From Bdellovibrionales bacterium (lineage in GTDB: Bacteria > Bdellovibrionota > Bdellovibrionia > Bdellovibrionales > UBA1609), in the NCBI GenBank assembly GCA_965243065.1, contig CBDETO010000005.1, positions 1,883,520-1,947,519 of the forward strand: a DNA stretch of 64,000 nt. The letters run 5' to 3'. Positions 9,302-17,560 of the stretch are shown here, piece after piece (positions within the stretch are counted from its first letter, which is position 1; each line of letters opens with the position of its first letter). The position numbers and the translations under genes are program-made. The notes beneath the pieces are model-generated. The model saw only the letters and a list, made by a program, of their open reading frames with translations, was not told where the DNA came from and searched no databases.

Positions 9302-11911
9302 CTAACTTTCTAAATTATCTTTTAATTTTAAACAATGCTGATTTTGCGAATCAAGCTTCAATCCTTGAACTACATATTCTTTAGCTTTAATATGTTGTTG
9401 GATATGAAGAGCAAGCCACGCCATTCTAGAAAAATCATCCGCTTTAGCTTCAGATTTTCTTTTTTCCAATATATCAAGAATTGGTTGTATCAAGTGAAGT
9501 TTTTTAGTTGTACTTATATCAAGTTGAGGGTTTCGTAGTAGCATATTTATCTCATTTGCTGCATTAGAAATTTTCCAAAAATATGTAGTATCGAATTGTG
9601 ACACTTTATTAAGTGTATGAATATAATTAAAGTGATCTTTCCTTTGTTTATATATTTTTGATAACATTATCCAAGCTTGTATTGCATCGCCTTCATTGGA
9701 ATTATCTTGAAGAAATAGATTGAGAGTGTTCTCTGCTTTTTTTAGATTTGAATCAGTACTATCTTGTTCCATGTAAAATCTAGCTAAGAGAATTCTACCA
9801 GGGTTATAGATTTGACAAATTACATCCAGAATAGACTCATACTTTTCAAAAGATTCTCCGTTATCAATGTAGTTAGACACATTTTTAATAAACTCCTCTA
9901 ATCGGTTATAAAGATTCAAAGACATATCATTTTGTCCAACAGAACCAAACATTTGCAATAATTTAACATCTTCTTTGACTTTTGATTTAAGTGGATGGAT
10001 TTTTAATTTTTTTTCTCCAAAGACTTTAGCTGTAAATGGTAACTCGATAAATTCTTGTTGATCCTCTGTTTTAATTTTCTGTATTAAGGAATAACGATAC
10101 AATGATTCAATAGCGTTACCTATATCCTCTATTTCCTCTTTCTCTTTAGATGAAGAAGCCATTAATACAGCTTCTAACGCAGTTTTTGGAACTTTAGAAT
10201 TCCAGCAGGCCAACACCATAAAAGTATATTGTGCACAGGGAGTTAAATTAGCATATGTTCGTTCAAACAAAGCTGTGAGAGCTCTGTCTTGTGTTGAAAG
10301 TGCTTTTGTTATATCTTTTGTTAGTTTCAACTCCCCCATTAGAATTTTTATAATATAAGGATGTCCTTGAGATAAAGAAATAATTTTTTGAGTTTTATTA
10401 CACACAAGTGACTTATCAATATCAAGATGTCCGGCTGTTTGATTTATTAATTGTTTTGATTCTTCTTCTGTCATTCCAGAAACCTCTAAAGGGTAGTCAC
10501 CTCTAAAATCACTAAGTCTTGTAGTTATTAAAATTTTGTTTGGAGATCGAATAAAGGAATCAATCCATTCAAACATTTCTGAAGGGTTTTGTATTGTTTC
10601 AAAGTTATCAAAAATAAAAAGACAGTTTTTAAATTCTTTTGAATCTTTTAATTCATTTTCAAAAAAAACCTTGCAATTGAATTTTTTGTCATTCAATTTA
10701 TCTTCTGAAAAAATGAGCTTTGTATAATATTTAGCTATATCTTTCTGTGAAAAGACATCTGGTTGCACTTGCTTGATTTTAATGCTGTCAGAAAGTAAAT
10801 CAATATCTCTTGCACTAAACCATACTATCCCCACGTATCGCTTTTCATCATATAACTTCTTAACCACCTGAAGAGTTAATGATGTTTTGCCTATACCCCC
10901 AGCACCATGTAATGTTACAACTTCTCGCCGCTTGTCCATCAATAGATCAAATAATTTTTTTTCTAAATCTGGTCTGTCAATGTAATCTATTGCTGGTTCA
11001 GGTACATTAGAAAAACAGTTTCCCTTTAATTCAAATTCATTACGACCCTGGGTTTCACTTTCCGGCAAAGCTCCTGGAGGAGGCAAATATTTTGAAGAAT
11101 CCCCTTGTTCTCTATCACCTGTATTATATGAAAGTAGCTCATATCGCTTGTCATTAAAGCTTCCATTTGCAACAAAAAAGTCGTTTAATTCAGGATCACT
11201 TAAAATAAAAGGAATATACTTTGGTTTTCCAAACCAAATATAAATTCCATTTTCAAATGTATAGATTTTTTCTTTTTTTAAATAGTCAAATACTTTAGTT
11301 TGATTTCCTAAAAAAGAAACTCGATATTTCCCCGATAAATTTCTATATAAGTATGCCCAAGTTCTCTGGAATAAATGAAAATTTGTATAAATCATACGAA
11401 TACTCTCAGAAAGAGGGATTGCCGCCTTTCCTGCAATATCTGATTGAGGAGCACCATGCCCACGAGTCTTATTTCTAAGTGTTGCAAATAAACGTATCCA
11501 ACGATTTAAATTCACTTTAGCAGGCAAAGACTCTGATTGAATGTTGAAATAGCCAAAAGCCTCCTTTAACTTAAGTACTGAATCACATTGCCAATCACCA
11601 GTTTGATGATATTTTGTTAGTTCTGTTTGTTCTACTCTTGCTTCCTGAAGTAGGTGTTGGGAAGCAGGACCTGTTAGTATATCATCAAGAACTTTACCAC
11701 AATCCCCTGGGCTATTGTTACGAACAAGATCATATTCTAATCGATAACGATTTCTGTCTTTATCATCTGTGATAGCAGCCAACATCCCAAAAGTAATTGT
11801 TTTAATTAATGCCTCTCCAGCATTAAGTAATGTAAAAAAGTAAGAAAAATCTGAATCCTCTTTTGCTTTTTCTGTTCTCTCAAGTACTTGTTCTATAAGC
11901 TTATGTCCCAT
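9302..11911 (-). CDS. STAND-class P-loop NTPase (NB-ARC-like) with unknown ~330-aa N-terminal domain and helical-repeat (TPR-like) C-terminus; candidate defence sensor
   Basis: Walker A TLHGAGGIGKTSL, Walker B CLFIFDNFE, long C-terminal helical region. N-domain contains LRNKTRGHG (fits the HEPN Rx4-6H pattern). Track start 11935 is TTG. ATG at 11911 has an AGGGGA RBS, so that start is preferred. Confidence 0.7.
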   Translation of the reverse strand: MGHKLIEQVLERTEKAKEDSDFSYFFTLLNAGEALIKTITFGMLAAITDDKDRNRYRLEYDLVRNNSPGDCGKVLDDILTGPASQHLLQEARVEQTELTKYHQTGDWQCDSVLKLKEAFGYFNIQSESLPAKVNLNRWIRLFATLRNKTRGHGAPQSDIAGKAAIPLSESIRMIYTNFHLFQRTWAYLYRNLSGKYRVSFLGNQTKVFDYLKKEKIYTFENGIYIWFGKPKYIPFILSDPELNDFFVANGSFNDKRYELLSYNTGDREQGDSSKYLPPPGALPESETQGRNEFELKGNCFSNVPEPAIDYIDRPDLEKKLFDLLMDKRREVVTLHGAGGIGKTSLTLQVVKKLYDEKRYVGIVWFSARDIDLLSDSIKIKQVQPDVFSQKDIAKYYTKLIFSEDKLNDKKFNCKVFFENELKDSKEFKNCLFIFDNFETIQNPSEMFEWIDSFIRSPNKILITTRLSDFRGDYPLEVSGMTEEESKQLINQTAGHLDIDKSLVCNKTQKIISLSQGHPYIIKILMGELKLTKDITKALSTQDRALTALFERTYANLTPCAQYTFMVLACWNSKVPKTALEAVLMASSSKEKEEIEDIGNAIESLYRYSLIQKIKTEDQQEFIELPFTAKVFGEKKLKIHPLKSKVKEDVKLLQMFGSVGQNDMSLNLYNRLEEFIKNVSNYIDNGESFEKYESILDVICQIYNPGRILLARFYMEQDSTDSNLKKAENTLNLFLQDNSNEGDAIQAWIMLSKIYKQRKDHFNYIHTLNKVSQFDTTYFWKISNAANEINMLLRNPQLDISTTKKLHLIQPILDILEKRKSEAKADDFSRMAWLALHIQQHIKAKEYVVQGLKLDSQNQHCLKLKDNLES

Positions 11912-12384
11912 AAAAGTCCCCTGACAGAAATTCAAGAATCTACCTGCCTAATATTTAGACTAGGTAAGAAAAAAATGTTTCACTTTTAACCTTTTGATTC
12001 CATTAATAGTGTGAAAAAAAGTGCAATCGTATTGTAGTAATCAGATTATCGGAAATTTTGCCAAAATCCTTGAATCTCCTTTTTTTAATCTTTTTAGTGT
12101 TCAGAACCTCTGTTTATATCATCCGTCAAATTAGAGCTTGCAGAGATTTAAAAAGCCGCTTAGAATTAAAATTATGTTGTTTTTTCTTGAAATAACTTGA
12201 AATTAAGAGACTTTTGACCGATAAATATTACTCTTATAAGATGACATGGCTATCTGAGTGGGTTAGGAAATTAAGTGTATGCCATTTAAAATTTACGGGT
12301 TTTATCAAATATCGTATTTTCTGAAGTGTATGGTCTTTTATAATCGATTTTTTAAGCAAATAATTTGCATCTAAAGGAGGAATT

Positions 12385-12588
12385 ATGGAGGATATAAAAA
12401 AAATAGAACAAAATTTAGATAAAGAAACCAAGGAACTAATAGAACTTTCAAGGGAAATGTTACGTATCTCTCGTAAGATGAGAGAAGAAAAAGTAGAAAA
12501 AATCAAACAAAGCACTTCTACTCCTTATGAAGAAGCTATAAGGATAAACCCATACCTATCTAAATATAGTGTCATTTCTTATTACTAA
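12385..12588 (+). CDS. 67-aa charged/coiled-coil protein, first gene of a 3-gene cassette
   Basis: AAGGAGG RBS ends 4 nt before the ATG. Sequence is K/E-rich (KETKELIELSREMLRISRKMREEKVEKIK). Confidence 0.55.
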   Translation: MEDIKKIEQNLDKETKELIELSREMLRISRKMREEKVEKIKQSTSTPYEEAIRINPYLSKYSVISYY

Positions 12589-12602
12589 TTCAAGAGCTTC
12601 GA

Positions 12603-13595
12603 ATGTCAGAACAAAACACACATCGCAGAAATAAACCAGAAAAACTTGAACTTCCAGAGCTTCCGAAAAACAATCAAGGGAAAAGAACACTAAAAAATCC
12701 ACAACCTCCATTTAGTTGGACTCTGCAACAAATGAAAGCTGATGCTGAAAACCAGATATTCCAGAGGCTAATTGATAATAGAAGAAATCTTATAGGACAG
12801 ATCGAAAAACTCAGATCATCAAAAGTTATTGTTTATTATTCTGTTCATCTTCTTGATTCTGAAGATTTTGAAACAATCTTTGACCTTTTAAATACTCTAG
12901 GAAAACAAAAAAATCTTGATTTATATATTTTAAGCCCAGGAGGTTTTGCTCACCCAGCTTATAAAATTTCTCGCCTTTTTCAAAGTTATAGTGAAGATAA
13001 ATTCTCAGTTTTAATTCCTTACTATGCTAAAAGTGCTGCAACTATTTTGTCCTTAGGTGCTGATGAAATTGTCATGGGTCCTGCATCAGAATTAGGTCCC
13101 ATTGATCCTCAATTTAGGATTTCTAATAATTCTCCTTCTATATCAGCTTTAGCTCTTAAAGAAGCTCTTGATTATATTACTAAAGCGATAAAAGAAGATT
13201 CAAAAATAGCTCCCCTCTATGTCCCTTTATTGGATAAAGTAGATTTAATAACATTAGGTCATTTTGAACGGGAAATAGAAAGTGCAAAGCAATACGGAGA
13301 AATTCTGTTAACTTCCAAAAAAAAGAACCCATTAACAGAAGAGAAAGCAAAAACAGTTGCTAATGACTTTGTCCAACAATATAAGACACATGGTTTTGTA
13401 ATTGATGGGCAAGCTGCCTCTTCTTTGTTAGGTAAAAATACTATCAAGTTAATTAGTGCGGATGATCCTACTTGGCAATGTATGTGGCAATTACATAATA
13501 CATATAATCAATATATAAAAGATAAAAAAACAACTGTTAAGCTCATTGAAACTCTTAGTGCATCATATGAAAAAGGGAATCAGAAAGTAAAATGA
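12603..13595 (+). CDS. ClpP/SppA-fold serine protease of the SDH (serine dehydrogenase proteinase) type
   Basis: 330 aa. LDLYILSPGGFAHPAYKISRLF and IPYYAKSAATILSLGADEIVMGPASELGPIDPQ match the Clp-fold peptidase core as I remember it (Ser in KSAAT as nucleophile). Confidence 0.65.
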   Translation: MSEQNTHRRNKPEKLELPELPKNNQGKRTLKNPQPPFSWTLQQMKADAENQIFQRLIDNRRNLIGQIEKLRSSKVIVYYSVHLLDSEDFETIFDLLNTLGKQKNLDLYILSPGGFAHPAYKISRLFQSYSEDKFSVLIPYYAKSAATILSLGADEIVMGPASELGPIDPQFRISNNSPSISALALKEALDYITKAIKEDSKIAPLYVPLLDKVDLITLGHFEREIESAKQYGEILLTSKKKNPLTEEKAKTVANDFVQQYKTHGFVIDGQAASSLLGKNTIKLISADDPTWQCMWQLHNTYNQYIKDKKTTVKLIETLSASYEKGNQKVK

Positions 13596-13984
13596 CTGAA
13601 CTAAAAAAGATAGAACCTATTCTTCAATATATAATCCTGTGTGATGCTGTAGCTAAAGACCAATCTGGAAAGCCAGTTTATATTGGAGTGTTTGATAGAC
13701 TGAATAAACATACAGTTCTTCCACAATTTGTCGTTGCACTAAAATGGATTTGTGGTTTAGGTTCTCATGCGTTTAAGTTGAAAATACTAGATCCTAATCT
13801 CGATACCCTACAAATAATTGGTGATTTTCCAATACAATTCAAAGCAAAAACAGATGTAATTCATGCTGATTTTCCGATTATCAATTTTAATTTTGATAAA
13901 GTAGGAGTTTATTGGATAGAAATCATATTGAATGATATTAGCCATCTATCTATTCCTTTACCAGTTCATCAGTTACAATCTTAA
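13592..13984 (+). CDS. 130-aa hypothetical protein, translationally coupled to the protease
   Basis: ATG overlaps the protease stop (ATGA at 13592-13595). Beta-rich looking, no motif recognised. Confidence 0.55.
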   Translation: MTELKKIEPILQYIILCDAVAKDQSGKPVYIGVFDRLNKHTVLPQFVVALKWICGLGSHAFKLKILDPNLDTLQIIGDFPIQFKAKTDVIHADFPIINFNFDKVGVYWIEIILNDISHLSIPLPVHQLQS

Positions 13985-13991
13985 GAATTAT

Positions 13992-14008
13992 CTTTTCAGG
14001 GACGATCC
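13992..14008 (+). repeat. 17-bp direct repeat CTTTTCAGGGACGATCC (left copy)
   Basis: Exact copy at 14827-14843. Diverged inverted copy at 5698-5722. Confidence 0.8.
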
Positions 14009-14189
14009 AATCCACTCAAAGATACAAGTCCAATAAAAACTAATGAAAGTTCAAGCTAAATGGACCTATCTTTGTCGTGGCCCCGTTTCGACTGGATGGG
14101 TGTGAACAGGCAAAAACCTGCTTTCACATTTTTAGAGCCTGAAAAACAACTATTTTAATGTAAAAGTCCCAACTAAAAAACAATAGCTA

Positions 14190-14217
14190 TTGACAAATAA
14201 TTCAAAAGACCGATAAT
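14190..14217 (+). promoter_or_regulatory. Sigma70-like promoter (TTGACA-16 nt-GATAAT) in front of module copy B
   Basis: TTGACA 14190-14195, GATAAT 14212-14217. Confidence 0.5.
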
Positions 14218-14320
14218 AAGAAGTGACATCCCCACTCGTTTCGACTGGTGGGTGCGAGCAGGCGAGAGCCTGCTTTTGCTTTTTTAGAACATGAAAAAAA
14301 TTATTATTTATATTGATGGC

Positions 14321-14348
14321 TTGACTTATCCAAAAAAATACACATAAT
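14321..14348 (+). promoter_or_regulatory. Sigma70-like promoter (TTGACT-16 nt-CATAAT) in front of module copy C
   Basis: TTGACT 14321-14326, CATAAT 14343-14348. Same architecture as the 14190 promoter. Confidence 0.5.
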
Positions 14349-14421
14349 AACAGGTAACATCCCCACTTGTTTCGGTGAGTGGGTGCGAGCAGGCGAGAGC
14401 CTGCTTTCGCGTTTTTAGAGC

Positions 14422-14589
14422 ATGAAAAAAACCATTGTTTATATTGACGGATTCAATCTTTACTATCGCATAAAATATACCCCTTATAGGTGGTTAAGCC
14501 TCCAAAAGCTGTCTCAATATTATTTGGATTTAAAACAAAATCAGATAATTAACATTAAATATTTTACGGCAAAGGTAAAAAGGAAATCA
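14422..14589 (+). pseudogene. N-terminal ~56-codon stub of an NYN-domain (PIN-like RNase fold) gene, truncated by IS debris
   Basis: MKKTIVYIDGFNLYYRIKYTPYRWLSLQKLSQYY...IKYFTAKV is the typical start of bacterial NYN-domain proteins. The reading frame then runs into IS3-like sequence. Confidence 0.6.
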
Positions 14590-14812
14590 GTAGATTCCTC
14601 TTTTAGTGGGGAAGAGGTTGAAGTAAAGAAGTTGCGGGCGACAGTGAAGCGTCTCCAAGATGAGAGAGACATTTAAAAAAAAGCCGTGAGTTTCTTTGTC
14701 AAACACGACGGGTAAAGTATGAGTTTATTTTTGCTTACAAAAAAAAGATGGAGTATCTCTTTGATGTGTGAAGTTTTAGAAGTTTCCAGAAGTGGATATT
14801 GCCATTGGCTTC
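14590..14812 (+). pseudogene. Fragment of an IS3-family transposase (orfA end / frameshift region / orfB start), multiply frameshifted
   Basis: KKLRATVKRLQDERDI*KKAVSFFVK (orfA C-terminus pattern ERDILKKA-FA), KYEFIF in another frame, and SLMCEVLEVSRSGYCHWL (orfB start pattern VSRSGYY-W). Confidence 0.6.
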
Positions 14813-14826
14813 CTTCCAACTGTCCC

Positions 14827-14843
14827 CTTTTCAGGGACGATCC
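14827..14843 (+). repeat. 17-bp direct repeat CTTTTCAGGGACGATCC (right copy)
   Basis: Exact match to 13992-14008. The extended 25-nt version 14819-14843 matches rc of 5698-5722 at 21/25. Confidence 0.8.
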
Positions 14844-14864
14844 TTTGTGTTATGTTGAGTTGAA

Positions 14865-15323
14865 ATGAAAAAGATCCACAAATGCTTTTTCTTCTTAACT
14901 ACTTTTGTTTTTTTAGCTGTGTTTTCCAGTTTATGTTATTCTGCCGCTAAGAAAAGATATTCTACTTGCCCTAAAGGGTTTGAAGATTTGTTTCCGCTGG
15001 AGGATTTTGTTCAGCTGATGGTAGATATGAAAATTTATTCAAACCGGGATTTGGTTAAAGCAAAAAGAGAGGGTGATTTTCCTGAAGAGGTTCCTGATAA
15101 GCCTCTTCGGGCTTATCCTGAACTGGGAGGAAAATGGGATGTATTATGGGATGCAGTGCATGCTCGTCGTGTGTCACAAGGGGAAAATGTAGTTGAGCGA
15201 AGAAAGTTGACAGATGGGGAGCTTCGAACCCTTATGTCAGAGGCTTCTGAGGGTTTAAACAGAAAAGTGGCACTAGAGCTAGAGGAAGACTCTTTGATAG
15301 AACAGAAAGAAGGGGGGCATTGA
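14865..15323 (+). CDS. Secreted hypothetical protein (152 aa)
   Basis: Signal-peptide-like N-terminus MKKIHKCFFFLTTFVFLAVFSSLCYSA. No motif recognised. Confidence 0.5.
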   Translation: MKKIHKCFFFLTTFVFLAVFSSLCYSAAKKRYSTCPKGFEDLFPLEDFVQLMVDMKIYSNRDLVKAKREGDFPEEVPDKPLRAYPELGGKWDVLWDAVHARRVSQGENVVERRKLTDGELRTLMSEASEGLNRKVALELEEDSLIEQKEGGH

Positions 15324-15502
15324 TGATCAAAAAGAGATCACCCTGGGGGCAAAAAATCGAAGTAACAATAAAAAAGAAATAGGCCGGTGAGGGAGCGGTA
15401 AATATGGGTACTGGGAGGTTGCAAATTCCTGACCTGTTCGGTTATAAAAGTGGGAAGCTCTAAAAAGAGGGTTCTTTATTTTATTTTTTAGGAATAGATA
15501 TA

Positions 15503-15578
15503 GCGGGAGTAGCTCAATTGGTAGAGTATCAGCCTTCCAAGCTGAGGGTTGCGGGTTCGAGGCCCGTCTCCCGCTCCA
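15503..15578 (+). tRNA. tRNA-Gly (anticodon TCC), CCA encoded
   Basis: Hand-folded cloverleaf: acceptor GCGGGAG/CTCCCGC, anticodon stem TCAGC/GCTGA, loop CTTCCAA. Confidence 0.9.
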
Positions 15579-15585
15579 ACTTAAA

Positions 15586-15660
15586 GCCCATGTGGCTCAG
15601 TGGTAGAGCACACCCTTGGTAAGGGTGAGACCGTGGGTTCGATTCCCGCCATGGGCTCCA
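15586..15660 (+). tRNA. tRNA-Thr (anticodon GGT), CCA encoded
   Basis: Acceptor GCCCATG/CATGGGC, anticodon stem CACCC/GGGTG, loop TTGGTAA, T-arm GTGGG-TTCGATT-CCCGC. Confidence 0.9.
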
Positions 15661-15916
15661 AAGAAAGAAAGAAAGAAAGATGTGGTTCAGCGGGTCCGGG
15701 CCCACCCTTGTTAAGGGTATGGCCCGTGGGTTCGATTCCCGCCATGGGCTCCAAAGAAAAGATGTAGCTCAGCGGGTCCGGGCACCCCCGTTGTTAAGGG
15801 TATGGCCCGTGGGTTCGATTCCCGCCATGGGCTCCAAAGAAAGAAAGAAAGATGTGGTTCAGCGGATCCGGGCCCACCCTTGTTAAGGGTATGTCCCGTG
15901 GGTTCGATTCCCGCCA
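15661..15916 (+). repeat. Three tandem tRNA-Thr-derived pseudo-tRNA units separated by (AAAG)n spacers
   Basis: Units share the exact tRNA-Thr 3' half CCGTGGGTTCGATTCCCGCCATGGGCTCCA. The 5' acceptor strand is replaced (AAAGATG vs GCCCATG), the D-arm is altered, and the anticodon loop is TTGTTAA. ORFs 15680-15886 and 15852-16061 are artefacts of this repeat. Confidence 0.8.
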
Positions 15917-16204
15917 GGAAGTTACGGATTTTGTATTAGAGTTCCGGTTTTATGGTTTTTTAAAGGTAAAAATGGGGTTCAGTAGCTCCGAGGGGTCTTT
16001 GATTGGCAAAAGGTGTGTCTGTATGAAAGTAAAAAATGAGTGTTATATCCATATAAAATAATAATTTAGGTGATTTTTAAAAAAAAAGGGTTTTATTTTT
16101 CTCTAATATTGGCTATTAGTAAAGATTGATCCTTTATTCAATAATAAAATGGATTAGATAAAGTTTATTAAAAACTAAAAATGGAAAAAGGGAGGAACAA
16201 CTCA

Positions 16205-17389
16205 ATGGCAAAAGAAAAGTTTCAGAGAAATAAAGAGCATGTCAATGTAGGTACTATTGGTCATGTGGATCATGGAAAAACCACCTTAACAGCGGCTATT
16301 ACAACTGTATTGGCAAAAACAGGTGGGGCAGAAGTGATGAAATATGATCAAATTGATAAAGCTCCAGAAGAAAAAACTCGTGGGATTACTATTTCTACAA
16401 CTCATGTGGAATACGAAACGGAAAAGCGTCACTATGCTCATGTGGACTGTCCTGGTCATGCGGATTATGTAAAAAATATGATTACCGGGGCGGCTCAGAT
16501 GGATGGAGCTATTTTGGTTGTTTCCGCGGCGGATGGACCTATGCCTCAGACCCGTGAACATATTTTGTTGGCCCGGCAGGTGGGTGTTCCCGCTATTGTG
16601 GTTTATATGAATAAATGTGATCAGGTGAATGATACGGAACTGTTGGATTTGGTAGAAATGGAGATACGCGAGCGTTTGAATGAATATAAATTTCCTGGCG
16701 ATGATACCCCTATTATTAAAGGTTCTGCTTTAAAAGCCCTAGAAGGGGATGCCAAGGCGGAAGAGTCTATAATGGAATTGATGAAGGCCATTGATACGAA
16801 TATTCCCTCGCCGGTTAGAGATAAAGATAAGCCTTTTCTTATGCCTATTGAGGATGTGTTTTCCATTTCTGGTCGAGGCACAGTCGTTACAGGACGAATC
16901 GAAAGAGGTGTGGTGAAAGTGAGTAACGAAATAGAAATTGTGGGTATCCGTGACACGAAAAAAACAGTGGTTACAGGTATTGAAATGTTTAGAAAAGAAT
17001 TGGATCAGGGGGAAGCCGGGGATAATGCCGGTTGTTTGCTTAGAGGTGTGGATAAGACCGATGTGGAAAGAGGACAGGTTTTGGCTGCGCCAGGTACCAT
17101 CACTCCGCATAAGAAATTTAAGTGTGAATGTTATATTTTGACAAAAGATGAAGGGGGTCGTCATACGGCTTTTCTAAATGGTTATCGTCCTCAGTTTTAC
17201 TTTCGTACAACGGATGTGACAGGAGCTATTGCTTTGCCAAAAGGCACGGAAATGGTGATGCCAGGGGATAATGCTACAATGGAAGTGGAGCTTATTTCTC
17301 CTATTGCGATGGAAAAGGGAAGTAAGTTTGCGGTTCGTGAAGGTGGTAGAACGGTAGGAGCTGGTGTAGTAACTGAGGTGCTGGAATAA
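16205..17389 (+). CDS. tuf: Elongation factor Tu
   Basis: [28 protein letters not shown]..., [21 protein letters not shown] precedes the ATG at 16205 (the track start 16181 is an upstream in-frame ATG). Confidence 0.97.
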   Translation: MAKEKFQRNKEHVNVGTIGHVDHGKTTLTAAITTVLAKTGGAEVMKYDQIDKAPEEKTRGITISTTHVEYETEKRHYAHVDCPGHADYVKNMITGAAQMDGAILVVSAADGPMPQTREHILLARQVGVPAIVVYMNKCDQVNDTELLDLVEMEIRERLNEYKFPGDDTPIIKGSALKALEGDAKAEESIMELMKAIDTNIPSPVRDKDKPFLMPIEDVFSISGRGTVVTGRIERGVVKVSNEIEIVGIRDTKKTVVTGIEMFRKELDQGEAGDNAGCLLRGVDKTDVERGQVLAAPGTITPHKKFKCECYILTKDEGGRHTAFLNGYRPQFYFRTTDVTGAIALPKGTEMVMPGDNATMEVELISPIAMEKGSKFAVREGGRTVGAGVVTEVLE

Positions 17390-17560
17390 GGATTTATCCT
17401 TCATCGTGTTTGATCCTAGTCTCTCCTGAAGAGGATCATTCCCTTATTTATATGAAAAACCGTAAATCTTTTATTAAATGCGACTAGCGAGAGCATTTGA
17501 GACAGGGGGTAAAATTTTAAAGGATTTTACGAGCGAATAAAAAGGAGTTGTTGATAAACT

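Larger units (their letters stand above)
14076..14450 (+). repeat. Three tandem copies (~132-150 bp period) of a module: two hairpins + T-run + ATGAAAAAAA gene start
   Basis: Copies start near 14076, 14226 and 14357. Copies B and C are near-identical. Copy A is diverged but keeps hairpin pairing through compensatory changes (GCGAGCAGGC...GCCTGCTTTCGC vs GTGAACAGG...CCTGCTTTCAC). Confidence 0.8.

Noticed and set aside
12234-12515. ORF 12234-12515 (-) opposite the 67-aa gene
   Set aside because: It is antisense to an ORF with a strong RBS and has a low-complexity S/I/L-rich sequence. It is a shadow ORF.
15680-16061. ORFs 15680-15886 and 15852-16061 (MWFSGSGPTLVKGM...)
   Set aside because: They read through the pseudo-tRNA tandem units. 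The repeated peptide simply reflects the repeated tRNA-like DNA.
16181-16204. Upstream in-frame extension of tuf (MEKGRNNS)
   Set aside because: The GGGAGG RBS lies inside this extension and the conserved EF-Tu N-terminus begins at MAKEKF (16205).
16286-17404. Five antisense or alternate-frame ORFs inside tuf (16286-16561, 16621-16956, 16739-17164, 16938-17141, 17174-17404)
   Set aside because: They lie fully within a highly conserved EF-Tu coding sequence, show low-complexity composition and have no RBS. They are shadow ORFs.
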